Part shown: positions 24,614-42,600 of the stretch, piece by piece
Position numbering within the stretch: the stretch's first letter is position 1
Layout of the letters: every line of letters starts with the position of its first letter
Origin: Stylophora pistillata
Taxonomy: Eukaryota
Reading direction: 5' to 3'
Length of the DNA: 64,000 bases
Assembly (NCBI RefSeq): GCF_002571385.2
Contig: NW_019217975.1
Coordinates: 20,255-84,254, forward strand
Made by a program: the position numbers and the translations under genes
Notes under the pieces: generated by a model
What the model saw: only the letters and a program-made list of their open reading frames with translations
The model's database searches: none
What the model was told of the DNA's origin: nothing

Positions 24614-25934
24614 ATGGCAAAAAATCGTGTGGATCGTAAAGGTATTCTATAATTTTTTTTTCTTATGTTATACCCTTTGGCAAGTGGGGAGCCTACTGCG
24701 TCTGCAGTAAAAAAGATGACCCAAATTTCAAATAAAGTATCATTACGAAGATCGAGCATAGAGGTTTGAAGGGTTTGAACAAAAATCAATCGTTTTAAAA
24801 ATGTTTGAAGTAAGCTTTCAATGTTTACCTCGTTTCATGTCTCCAAACTTTCGCCGATCAATGGCATCAACAAAAAATTGTTCCTCGCACAATGAATGAG
24901 TGTTGCTATGTTTCTGCATGTATACCTTGTACTGTAAGTGCCCCCTTTTTTTTTTTTTTATCTCCGGTTGCTACAGAGATCAGGGTATAAAATGGAATGA
25001 GCTTGAGTTGTAATTAGTCCTTTATATGTTTAAACATTATTCGAGGCTTTATCTTTCCAGGACCAGTTATTCTCTAATTAGTTGAATGTGCATGCTTATT
25101 CTCTTTTACATATATGCTGTTTCATCATCTGTTTTAGGAATCTTCAAAACCTTGCATTGGTGGACCTCTAAAAGAGTGCTTTGTTGTTTTCAAAGGGATT
25201 CTCAACATTTTGCTTTTAGACCCCTGTCTAGTGTTTTGTTCAACCCTGCACAAAGTCAACACCATACCACATCAGAACTTAGTCAAGGCATTAAACCATT
25301 TCCACTTGCATTAGCTTCATCACCTTTTATTCATGATTTCAGAACTTGTTTAAGGCAGTTTTTACATAACTTTTGCCGTCAAAGCTCAGGGATTGACCTG
25401 CAAAATGAGACTTCAACATCTCTAAAGAATTATTCTACTATGAAAATCACTGGAGTTGTTCCAAAACTTAGTCATGTTGACAAACAAGGTCATGCACAAA
25501 TGGTCGATGTGGGTGGCAAGACAGAAAGTAGTAGACTTTCAGTGGCAATAGCAAAAGTGTATTTGGGCCAAGAAGCATTTAATCTTGTGAAAGAAAACAA
25601 AATTCACAAAGGTGATGTGTTAACAGTGGCTCAGCTAGCTGGGATTATGGCATCCAAACAAACACCAAATTTAATTCCTTTGTGTCACAATATTCACATA
25701 ACTCATGCTGAGGTCAATCTAGAACTGGATGAGGAAAAGTTACCAGTGTGTATCACAGGATCTGTGAACTCTGTTGGAAGAACAGGAGTAGAGATGGAAT
25801 CTCTGACAGCAGTGACTGTCGCAGCTTTGACTGTGTATGATATGTGTAAGGCAGTTTCACATGATATTGTGATTTCTGATATTAAGCTTGTGAAGAAAGT
25901 TGGAGGAAAGAGTGGTGATTATGTTGCAACTTGA
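24614..25934 (+). CDS. MOCS1: Cyclic pyranopterin monophosphate synthase MOCS1B/MoaC with N-terminal extension. Main exon 25138-25934; candidate first exon 24614-24641.
   Basis: LSHVD..G.AQMVDVG.K, KGDVLTVAQLAGIMASK.T.NLIPLCH, GRTGVEMESLTAV, YDMCKAV, K.GGKSG are MoaC signatures. Acceptor ttttag at 25137 (phase 1) fits ATG 24614...G|gtattc (MAKNRVDRKG); exon 1 is inferred. Confidence 0.9.
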
Positions 25935-26500
25935 AAAGTATACACCATAGGCAGACCACACCAGGTGTTCATGGATAATAATTGTTCACCTGGAACAAAA
26001 AAACTTATACAAAGGGACCCTCTCACAACAGCAGATTCTCAACAGCTATTTGAAACTGAAGATGACGTGAGTAATGTCAAAACATGTTTACAAACTTAAA
26101 AACGTTGTTTCTTTTGTAAGAGTTGTTGACACTTTCCTTATTTGAAAGAGATTCATAACTATTATTATCATTGATCATTAATCTGGAGTAGGTAGAAAAA
26201 TTTGTACTTCACCTGGTTTGCATTTTGCAAATAAAAATGGATCAACTAAAGAAATTAATAATTATTTCAGGTGAAAGTGGGTTAAATCTCATTTGAGTGT
26301 ATTTTCCCCCTGTGTATTTTCATTTTTCCAGTGACCTCCATTTGCTGTCAGTTTGTTGAATTTCCATTTAAATTCTTGTTCTTGCCAATTCAAAATATTG
26401 ACTGTTTTTTTTTTGGCTGTGTAATCTTTTTTCTCTTTAATCAAAAACCAACACAAATAATTGGCAAAAAACTCCTCCATAGAATTTTAATAAATTGTCC

Positions 26501-26712
26501 TTAACCCATTGACTCCTCAAAGAGATTGGTATCTAATTTCTCCTTACAATATCACCCCTGAATCAAACATTAAGGTCATGAGAATAAAGTAAATGATCAC
26601 CAACTATAAAAGCTTAGGATATTGAGACAAATTCTCCTTGTCAGCACCTTAGAGAATGTATTGAGAACAGTATGGAGAATATGCATACTGATGTTGAGGG
26701 GTAAAGGGTGTA
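26501..26712. mobile_element. piggyBac-like MITE (TTAA-CCC...GGG)
   Basis: ttaacccattgactcc...gtaaaggg; same family at 54500-54680, 59345-59531 and split at 28950/30498. Confidence 0.65.
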
Positions 26713-28076
26713 AAAAATTGATCGGGGAAGATATCTTGATGTAACACCAAATTCTCTGAACTGAATAGCAGGGAAAATGTATAGTAATAGGAAGGGAGAG
26801 TTTGTGTGGATCGGTTGCTCTCTCCAAAAGCAAACAGCTAACAGAAATGGTGATAAGGTATGTTTATGAAAGAAATCTTTGCAAATTGAATTATTATTGA
26901 ATGAAGCCTGTCTTGCAGCAAATTACTCAAATTGAGAGGTTGTCAACATGCAAATAGATATGAGGAGCAAACGGGTGAAAGAAAAGGGACTAAACAGAGA
27001 TGGGTTGAAATGGTAGGGTTGGATCAGTTCCTCTACAACTTTGACCTAAGATCGTCAATAAAACACCTAATGAACATTTTCTTTAAAATTTGAAGGAATG
27101 AAACCACTGCTTTGGTCAAACTTTTCGAACGAGAATACTCTTTCGCCGTGCTCATCGCTTTATACCAGTTTATAGTGCAAATTGTTTATGCGTGACTGAT
27201 GGCGACCGCAACAAATGCTGAAGCTGAAAAGCTTATCGAGGGTGAAATGTCAAATAATCGCCCCAACGAATCGCTTTTGGGAACACTGGAAGCTATGCAT
27301 AATAAATGATGGGGTTATATGGAACTCTTGCCCACTGGAACATTATTTGGGTACTGCAGGCGAAAAAATAGGATTGTTAAGACGAATTATATCATAAAGT
27401 GCTTTGCAGTCTCAAATAAATTACTCGGTAACCGTCACGCAAAAAATACAATGGACTCCGAAACACGCACGTAGTAATTGACTTGCGTGAGCGCTAACTC
27501 TCGAGCTCGAGCCTTTTCGAGTGTGAAGCCAGGCGCGTAGGATCGTCTTACGCAGTCGCGTACCACGCATGGTTGAGGACATGCGCTCTCGTGACTCGCA
27601 AGTCGCGTCCTACTACCGCTTGCCGCGTGAAGTTTTGCGTGTGCGTGTACTTGCTCAGCAAACGAGGAAGAAGTAAAGTGCGATGTGCTTAAATTTTTTC
27701 GATCGTTCTGCATTTTACCGGTCTCTTTCATATCATTCCGAAGGTCCCGGTGGATTCAACACTGAAAGGAAACATCTATCTAAAAATTTAAAACAAAACA
27801 GCTTTCGTAATGCATTTTAAAGACAAAGTTAGCTAGGAAAGAGGTCGTGATCGTGACGTGTCACACAACCAACAAAGTTGAAGGAGTGAATTAGGCGTTA
27901 AAAATTTTCGGAATGCAAACTATTGACGATAAGGAGTAGATTTATAGATTTCTAGCCTCGAAGGATACTTAGAACTGTCCGTCCTTTAATGCGCTCAAAC
28001 CGCTGCGCTTTCATGTCTGAGTTGTTTGGCAACGGCAGATAAAAAAACTTCTTCTTAAACGTACTGGCTAAGGAAC

Positions 28077-28188
28077 TAGCCTGTGTACAGCCGCCCCCTA
28101 CCCTGCAAAAGAAAATCGGGAAGGGGCCCCCTCCCGATTTTCTTTGTGGCGGCTTTTGGATTTTCTTCTGGCGGCTGTACACAGGCTA
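28077..28188. mobile_element. 112-bp MITE
   Basis: TIR TAGCCTGTGTACAGCCGCC / GGCGGCTGTACACAGGCTA; flanks gctaaggaac / gctaagaac (~9-bp TSD). Confidence 0.8.
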
Positions 28189-28210
28189 GCTAAGAACGTG
28201 ATTTGGCTAC

Positions 28211-28390
28211 ATCAACTAAGTTGAAATTGTAAATTGGCCACCGTAAAGAATTAAAAAGCTGACGTCTCAAGCTTTTTAACTCCTTACGGTGGCCAGTTTA
28301 CAATTTCAATTTAGATGATAAAATCAAATTACCTTGTTACCCCCACCGACGCAGCACAACAGTTTCTCTAGAAACTTCCCCCCTTTATTC
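28211..28390. repeat. Palindromic Penelope-like terminal-repeat remnant
   Basis: ~50-bp inverted arms (ttgaaattgtaaattggccaccgtaa / ttacggtggccagtttacaatttcaa), then cccaccgacgcagcac..cagtttct.tagaaact; family assignment from recall. Confidence 0.5.
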
Positions 28391-29113
28391 ATTTAACTAA
28401 GAAAGTGGACTGGTTTCAAAACCCTTTTAATAAGCGTCTGTTTATTTTTCCCAGTATCTCTATTTCAAAATTATCTTTAATGTCGCTTATTGAGAGAGCG
28501 AAGACCGAACGATTTTTGCCAGCGGCAAACAAGCCTCCCCAGCAGAACTCCTTCCCTTTTTTTAACCTAAAAGGAGAGCAGAAATAATACCACACATGCA
28601 GGTAAATTGTGCTTCTCGCGCATGCTTATTGGCTAGTTTAGAATTTCGGAAGTGATTAACAAGTGCTGTTCATTTTTGAGCAGCCGATGAAACAAAATAG
28701 CGCGTCATGTCAGGACTTAAATTCCCGACCAGTTTTCGGTTTATTGAAAGAAAAAAATTTTTTTTGTTTTATGAGGTATTTACTAAAACAATTAGTCACC
28801 TCAGCGTCTGTGAAAGTGGTGGATACTTACCTCGCCGATTCGCAGCCCGGTAAACATCCACCAATATTCACCTCCACTTCCGTGAAAAAATTGTCAATTA
28901 TGATAGCTTATCTCGTGGGGTGAAATATTGAAGAGATCATTGATAATATTCATTCACTCTTTCATTCCCAAGATCTCAATAGTAATTCTCTCTACTGTCT
29001 GCCGTTTAATTCTAATGATTTTAATTTAGAGAATTTGGTTTTGGATCAGCATAATTCCCTAATAACATTTTTCCTTATTCTCATCGCTTGTCTGCTTGAT
29101 ATTGTACTGATAT

Positions 29114-30372
29114 CCCCATCCCGACAATTGGAACAATAAAAATCACAACCCGTGGAGTTGAAAAGCAACTTAGTGAGTTGAAGGTAAATAAAGCGTATGG
29201 CCCGGATGGAATTCCACCCTGGTTTTTAAAGGAAAATGCCTATGAAATATCACAGGTCCTTACTGACATATATCAAGATTGTATTCACACTGGAACTGTG
29301 CCTATCCAATGGAAACACGCCAACGTATGCGCTATTCACAAGAAAGGAAAGAAATCGGATCCTTCAAAATATTGGCCCGTGTCACTTACCTGCATTGCAT
29401 CAAAGGTACATAAATGACTTACCTGATACTCTTAAATCTACTGTTAGACTTTTTGCTGATGATGCATTGTTATATGGGACAATTTGTTGTGATAAAGACA
29501 CAGCCGATCTCCAAGAGGACCTGTTTAGATTAGAAGACTGGCAACAAACGTGGAAGATGGAATTTAATCCTTCAAAGTGTAAGATCATGTGTTTTACGAC
29601 CAAGAGAGATCCACCAATGCGAGAATACGTATTCTGTGGACAAATCCTAGAAGAAGTGGAATCTCACCCTCATCTGGGGGTAATGCTCAATAACAAAATG
29701 AGGTGGTCACCACACATTGAAACAATCACATCTAGAGCAAATAAGGTCCTGGGACTTATCAAGCGAAACCTGTGGAATTGTTCAAAGTCAGTGAAAGAAA
29801 CCGTGTATATGACACTTGTGAGGCCAAAACTCCAGTATGCCTGTAGCGCATGGGACCCACATTACCAGAAAGATAGAGTCGCTCTAGAAAGGGTACAGCG
29901 GAAAGCAGCCCGCTTTGTCACTGGAAATTACGATCGAACAACGAGCGTGACGGAAATGCTGCAAGACTTACAGTGGGACACACTTGAAACAATGAGAACA
30001 CATGCAAGGCTCTCTACTATGTACAAGATGTGCCACGGCCTCCTAGATGGGGATTGGGGGGATTAAAGAAAAGAGAACCCGAGGAAGCCATGATTTTAAA
30101 TTTATTGTACCGAAAGGACATAAAGATATTTTTAGATTTTCCTTTTTCCCCAGGACAATAACTGAATGGAACAAACTCCCAAAAGAAACTGTTTCCAGTC
30201 AATCCCTCCGTATTTTTAAAAGCAAACTAACTTAAATTTATTTATCGGTAGTTTTAAATAGTTTTTGATAATTTTCATTAGTTTTTAATAGTGTTGTATA
30301 TTTAGTATAGCTTCACTTAGAGTTGGCGTGATGTCCTAAACGATTTTGCCGACATAACGATATTTAGATTTA
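29114..30372 (+). mobile_element. 5'-truncated, internally deleted LINE with (TTTAGA)n tail
   Basis: KAYGPDGIP, PVSLTCIASK, then a jump to YINDLP, LFADD, LERVQRKAARFV, FRFSFFPRTITEWNKLP. Confidence 0.88.
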
Positions 30373-30486
30373 GGGCCTGATTACATGAGCCGGGCTGATT
30401 TCTTTTGTTTTGGTGTTCGCGAAAGCGTGAAAACAAAAGAAATCAGCCCGGCTAACCGGGCCAGCCCGGCTCATGTAATCAGGCCC
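30373..30486. mobile_element. PIF/Harbinger-type MITE
   Basis: TIR GGGCCTGATTACATGAGCCGGGCTG / CAGCCCGGCTCATGTAATCAGGCCC; TTA on both sides. Confidence 0.85.
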
Positions 30487-30699
30487 TTAGATTTAGATAT
30501 TGTAAGGAGAAATTCTGTCTTGGTCACTCATGGCGGTTGAATGGTTAAGGTACTCCCTTGCGTCATAACAGCATGCACCTGGATGTACATCCTTCATGTA
30601 AGATATACTGTATTTCATCGACCACCTCCCACTCTAGGAGTCAGACGTTTATCGAGTAAAAGAACGTGCCGAGATAGACACATTTGAAAGGGCTTTAAC

Positions 30700-37234
<6,535 letters not shown>

Positions 37235-39641
37235 ATATCGATTCCGCGTCTATCTAAGTGACAACTAGGAGTTCCAATACGAGTTGACATGCTAAGACTT
37301 CTTTTAAATTTAAGCGGAAGAAATCACTATGTAGCACTTGTGAGTTCTGTTCGCCTTCGTCTAATGCTTCAATTAGTCTTTGGTTAAAAGATTGTCTATT
37401 CAAGAGATAAAGAGTCTTTGTTCAACTGGAATTCTTTTTATTGAACTTATCGTTGCTTTATGATCACTAACAAGTCCCCAACTTAAACTTAACTTTAAGT
37501 AACAAATTAATTCAGTGGCAAAATGACAAATGGCGTTTCAAGACTGGTAAAATCAACGCTTATCTCTAAAATTCGATTTTTTTAAATTTCGAAATTGCAA
37601 CGGGAATCGTATTATATAGTAGAAGAGACTAATATATAGATGTTAGAAATAAATCTAGAATTTAACCTAACAAAGGTAGAGTCTCGTTTTTTAAACTGAA
37701 TTTATCAGAACTAATACGAATATTATTTTTATACTTTTAATTGTTTTTATTCATGATTATTGATTGAAGGATTTAAATTGTTTCTTTGATCGGAAGTAGT
37801 TTTCTTTTGACTTCTCGAAGAAAAAAGATTAAGAGAATAAACGTTTGAAGTATTAGAAAGGTCCTTCTGAAGTCCATGTGTACGTTAAATTCTCGTCTAG
37901 GGTGGAGTGGAGAGAAATTGTGCCGCTAAGTAAGGAATGGTTCTAATTTGTTAGACAGTGCAGCTAAGGTGGAGATGGCGTGATTAATACAATTTTGTCT
38001 TCAACAGAGGGGCAAAATTAAATTATTTTGAATTAAACCTACCACACCATCCCCGCCTGATGACATCTTGGCCTGTTCCCTATAATCTCGTGAAACAGGC
38101 CCTTTTTTTTGTTTTGCACGTGCCTTTACCTTTTCATATTTTGCACGTGCTGAACTATGCAAATTAACAGCGCGCAGCTCGCTGCTGAAACAGAGAATAT
38201 TCAGTGTTCAATTCCAGGATTAATTTCTTCAGGATCATTCTCAAACTCGGCGAAACTGGAGACGTCGCGCAGATGTAAGTAACTATCATTAATTTTTTCG
38301 GATATCATCCCGAGCGTCCCAGTATGGTCGCACATCATTAACACAAACAGTGAAGCCAACGGCGGTTTCAGACATTAACAAGTTACCTTTATTTTGAACT
38401 TCAATTTTATTCACATACCAAAAATGTACACAATATAATTTTATAAACTCTGAAGGGTGTGTATGGGTAGAAATTACAAATTTGTGTAACTAGACCCATT
38501 TATTTGACAGGTTGGAAACTCAAACAAATCTTTCCGGCTAGAGCTTTGCAAGGCGAAATTACTTCACTTTTGCATTTAAAGATCGTTCTGAGCAGCCCAA
38601 ATAGGAAGTTACTATCATTAAATTATCTTTCTACAATACGATCACGAGTCATTTTCAACGATCCTAATTTCACCCAATACCATACACTTCGTACCACATT
38701 CGAGTTCATTCTTACAGTACAGTAATTTACATTTCTTGAAATCGTAAACTCTCAACCATGGTATACTTCGAAAGTCTCTTGCTTATATCTCTTGAGAGTT
38801 CACACACATTTAAAAGTATCTCTTACTTTTCCTTTCTGGAATCTGAAAGTCAATTTCATCTATATTTTAAATAACATTTAAAAATTGAAGACTGGTCGTA
38901 TGTTGAACTGGTCGTATGTTGAACTTTCACTTAGCGAGTTGCGGCTGATACACGTCTGAGTGGCTGAGGGAGGGAATCAAGCACGCCTGCACAATCAACA
39001 ATGATAAATTATGGCGGCTATAAGAAAAACCGTTTTTTTCTTGCCCAAGGAAAGCCCTTTATCTTCAACACCGCTTCGAAAAAAACAGAATTTAAATATT
39101 TCTGTTTGCAAGCAAATCTCTCGCAGCGGGATTTAGCCAATTTTTTTTTTTTTCATAGCAGTATCAAAAATGGCTTTTATATTCTGTCGATCGTGACTTT
39201 TAAATGTCTTAAATCATTGATGTATGAGATTCACGTTCTCTAAACACTTAACAAACGTAGTTCTCTGACTATATTAACTTATCGATAAACGTTCTTTCTA
39301 TAGGGAAAATAATAACATTACTTTCACTGAAATGTTAAAAATATACTTCTGATTGAGCTGTATAAATACCGTTTGAGGGCCTATAAAGAAATTTAAAATA
39401 ACTTAGTTTTTTGATAATGAGGATATCTATTTCAAAATAACGACATTGTACTGAAATCCTTTTTCTGTGATCCTATCGAAACTTAAAATACGAGAAATGA
39501 AACTAGTTTCCCCTGAGAATAGGAAATACGCCGGCCAAATTTTTTTCCTGACCAAACGATCGTGGATCCAGTTAAAACATACCATACAACACACGCTTAC
39601 GTCATTATACAATATAACATTCGTTGATGACGTCATCGATT

Positions 39642-42600
39642 TCACACTTGTGTGGTTCGTTTGTCAAATGATGTTACCATCATGATACTTGACTTGCAGT
39701 CTGAAATTCGCCGCCGGAGGTTATTATTTTCCACTTCTAACGCATCTATAAAACGTGGATCTTCCCAATTAAGTTCTTTCTCGGCTTTCACTGCAAGACA
39801 ACAAAACATGAATGTTAAGGTCACAGTTTTCCGAATCTAACTGCTCAGTTTAAGCAGCTCCAGCGAAAGACGAACTATTGAACTTAAGTCAGAAATGATC
39901 TTCTCTTCTTTGTTACAATACATGAAATGATTCAGTTTGTCTTGAAAGATCATAGCTAAAATAAAGGATAGAGAGACTTTCAAACGAGAGTTGACTTGAC
40001 AAATGGTAAACACCACAGTGTACACTATTGAGTTATGGATGCACACGTTTGGTTGCTAAGCAAGAAAGAAGCGTAAGAGTCACGTGCGAGGCGATTGCCG
40101 AGAGCAACTGTAGCTTCTCGAGTGCCAAGCAAACCTACCAAGTGCATCCATAACCCCAATAGTGTACACTGTGGTGTCTACCATTTGTTTTATAACATAA
40201 CATTAATATATTGGAACAAACGAGTTCCCTTTTATTTAACTCTGAAATCTTATCTGACCAGAAAAAACAAGCGCGTAGACACTAGTCTTTGCATTTGCTC
40301 ACGTCAGCAGCATACACCCATGGGCAAATGATGGATACTGAATTGACCAATTTAAGCGCGTGCTTTACTTTGGTTGTGTTTTAAAGTAATCTGGGATTGC
40401 TTTGATTTCACTTTAATTCGTGCAGCGATTGCGTTAATTTTACATCCAATCAGATGCAAACTTAAATCAAGCGCAATTTGGTCACCCGAGTTTTCCTGCG
40501 CTTCGATCACCCGCATTTTCCCGCGCTTCAATCACCCACATTTTCCCGTGCTTCAATCACCCGCGTTTTTCCGCGCTTCAAGCAACATGCATGGTTTTGC
40601 TTTGAGTTCTTATTGGCTAATAATATTGTTGATATTTGTTCTGATTCACCCTTGAGAAAACTTTGGTTATGGTTTTCCGTCAATCAGTCGAAAACTACCC
40701 TATCCATACTAATTCTAAATTCTGGGCTAAGGAACTTTCGTTGCCAATTGACATAGCTAACAAAGACAGTTTCAGTTTATAATCGGCGGCATTTCCTAGA
40801 GCGTTAAAATGACCAATTTTTTAATTCTTATGACTTTTTTACTTGACCTAGTATTGAAGTTGCGAGAAGAAGTTAGCCCCTGTTTCATGTGAACACTTAC
40901 GTCCAAAGCTCCATCTCTGGTTTTCGTCGAGCAATCGATTCTTGGCTGCCGAGAATTCTTCCTTTAAATTTCGTTGCCTCTGTCTCAGTGATGCAATGCG
41001 GGTTTTTCTCTGTTCAGAATCTTGCCACTGATAAATAAAAGGAAATATCTTAGAATAAATATATAAGATAAAGCTCAGAGAGAGATAAGTAACTGAAGAC
41101 CCGATAGACGGCGAACAAACGAACGACGACGACCGCACGAGTAAACGATCGAACGGACACGAGCGAACGAGCGAATGATCGTTGACACGAACGAGTGAGC
41201 GAACTGATAATGACAGTATCATAAAAAGAAATGAATGGAGGAAAGTAGTGAGACCAACAAACTCAGTAAGATACGGAGAAAACAAATAATCTATACCTGA
41301 AAGTTTGGTTCCATAGCTTGCTGAACTTTTTCGATGTCGTCGACTTCATAAACCTTAATCTGAACTGGCTCCAAAGACTTCCTCGAAAACCAGCGCCTGG
41401 GAGAATATTTTCTTGTACTGGATCCTGGTGAGGCAGAACGACTTCTACCTAAATAGTTAAAGGAATATGGCGATGTTCGTGTCAGCAATTAAAGTTGCCC
41501 AAGTGTATAGGATTGCACTGCATTTTCTTAAAGGAATTAAACCTTTCAATAACTTTTTCAGGTCAAGCTCAACAGAATTTTTTAAATTTAGTATTCCAAA
41601 GTAATCCATTGGTTCTGTTTAACCATGTCCCGTGATAGGTCCTGAAAATTGACGCCAAAACCAATCTCAACTTGGTCACACGCGTCCTCCGCGGTTTAGG
41701 AAGTTGGCTATATTTGCCTTGAGTTTTCATTGGCTTCTTGTGACAATCAGCTTTGTCCTAATTTGGTGATGTGAAAAGTGTTTTATTTGGTTTCACGACA
41801 GTCATTCCGAGAGAGTGCTCAAGTGGATTCTGATATCCCGCAATAAATCCCTATCAGAAAACAATGAGAGAGCTCCCGACTACGTTTAAAAATGTCAAGA
41901 TTTCTCATTTCATTCCATTACCAAGCAACCTTGGAGAATATAGCGAGGGCTTTGTTCTCACCTTTCCTTTTCCCGCGACTCAGACCTTTCTCACTACAAC
42001 TGTCACTTGAGGCGTGACTTGCATCATTTCGCATGCTCTCGTAACCACTGCTGCTGGCTGCATCGGATCGAGAAGATACTGAGGGGAAATAAAAAAGGGA
42101 ACGAAATAATTAGCCTCACCTCAACAAAGCTCGATTAAAATGTAAAAAGTTGTGGTGAAGTGGAACTAATAAATAGACAGTGTTAGAGAAAAAAATTTCA
42201 ATGATATCTTTAATTTTGAGTCCCAAACTCGAAATGTTTTCAAAATTTTAAGACCCTCACACTTACACGACTTTAGTCTTTTCAGCGACCGACTTCGTCC
42301 GCGAGGTCCTGGGGAATCTCCGATGCTACTGTCACTAGCGTGACCGCTGCTGTAGCTACCACGGTCTCGTCTGAAAGTAAAAAGGGGCAACAATTAGAAA
42401 TTTATTAATGATTTGTGATAATTATGATCTAAAGGTTTCGAAAGTTTTTAGTTGTTAAATGCTCATGAAAAAAAAAGGTTGAGAGTTGCTTCATTGTCAA
42501 CCTTTTCATTTTCAAGCGTGACCACAGGGAATTTGTCCATAAACTTTTAACACCTCTTCAAGTAGAAAGACAGTATTTTATTAAACAACAAATTCTCAGA

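Larger units (their letters stand above)
28950..30548. mobile_element. piggyBac-like MITE split by a LINE (halves 28950-29113 and 30496-30548)
   Basis: Left half ends gtactgatat; right half resumes gatattgtaaggagaaattct...ggttaa. Confidence 0.65.

Noticed and set aside
24508-24641. ATG 24508 as MoaC start; MAKNR..G as a relic of the MOCS1A C-terminus
   Set aside because: ATG 24508 stops after 10 codons, and the KNR similarity is too short to be meaningful.
27435-27731. CpG-rich stretch and 98-aa minus ORF
   Set aside because: No recognisable protein, RNA or terminal repeats; it may be regulatory but this cannot be supported.
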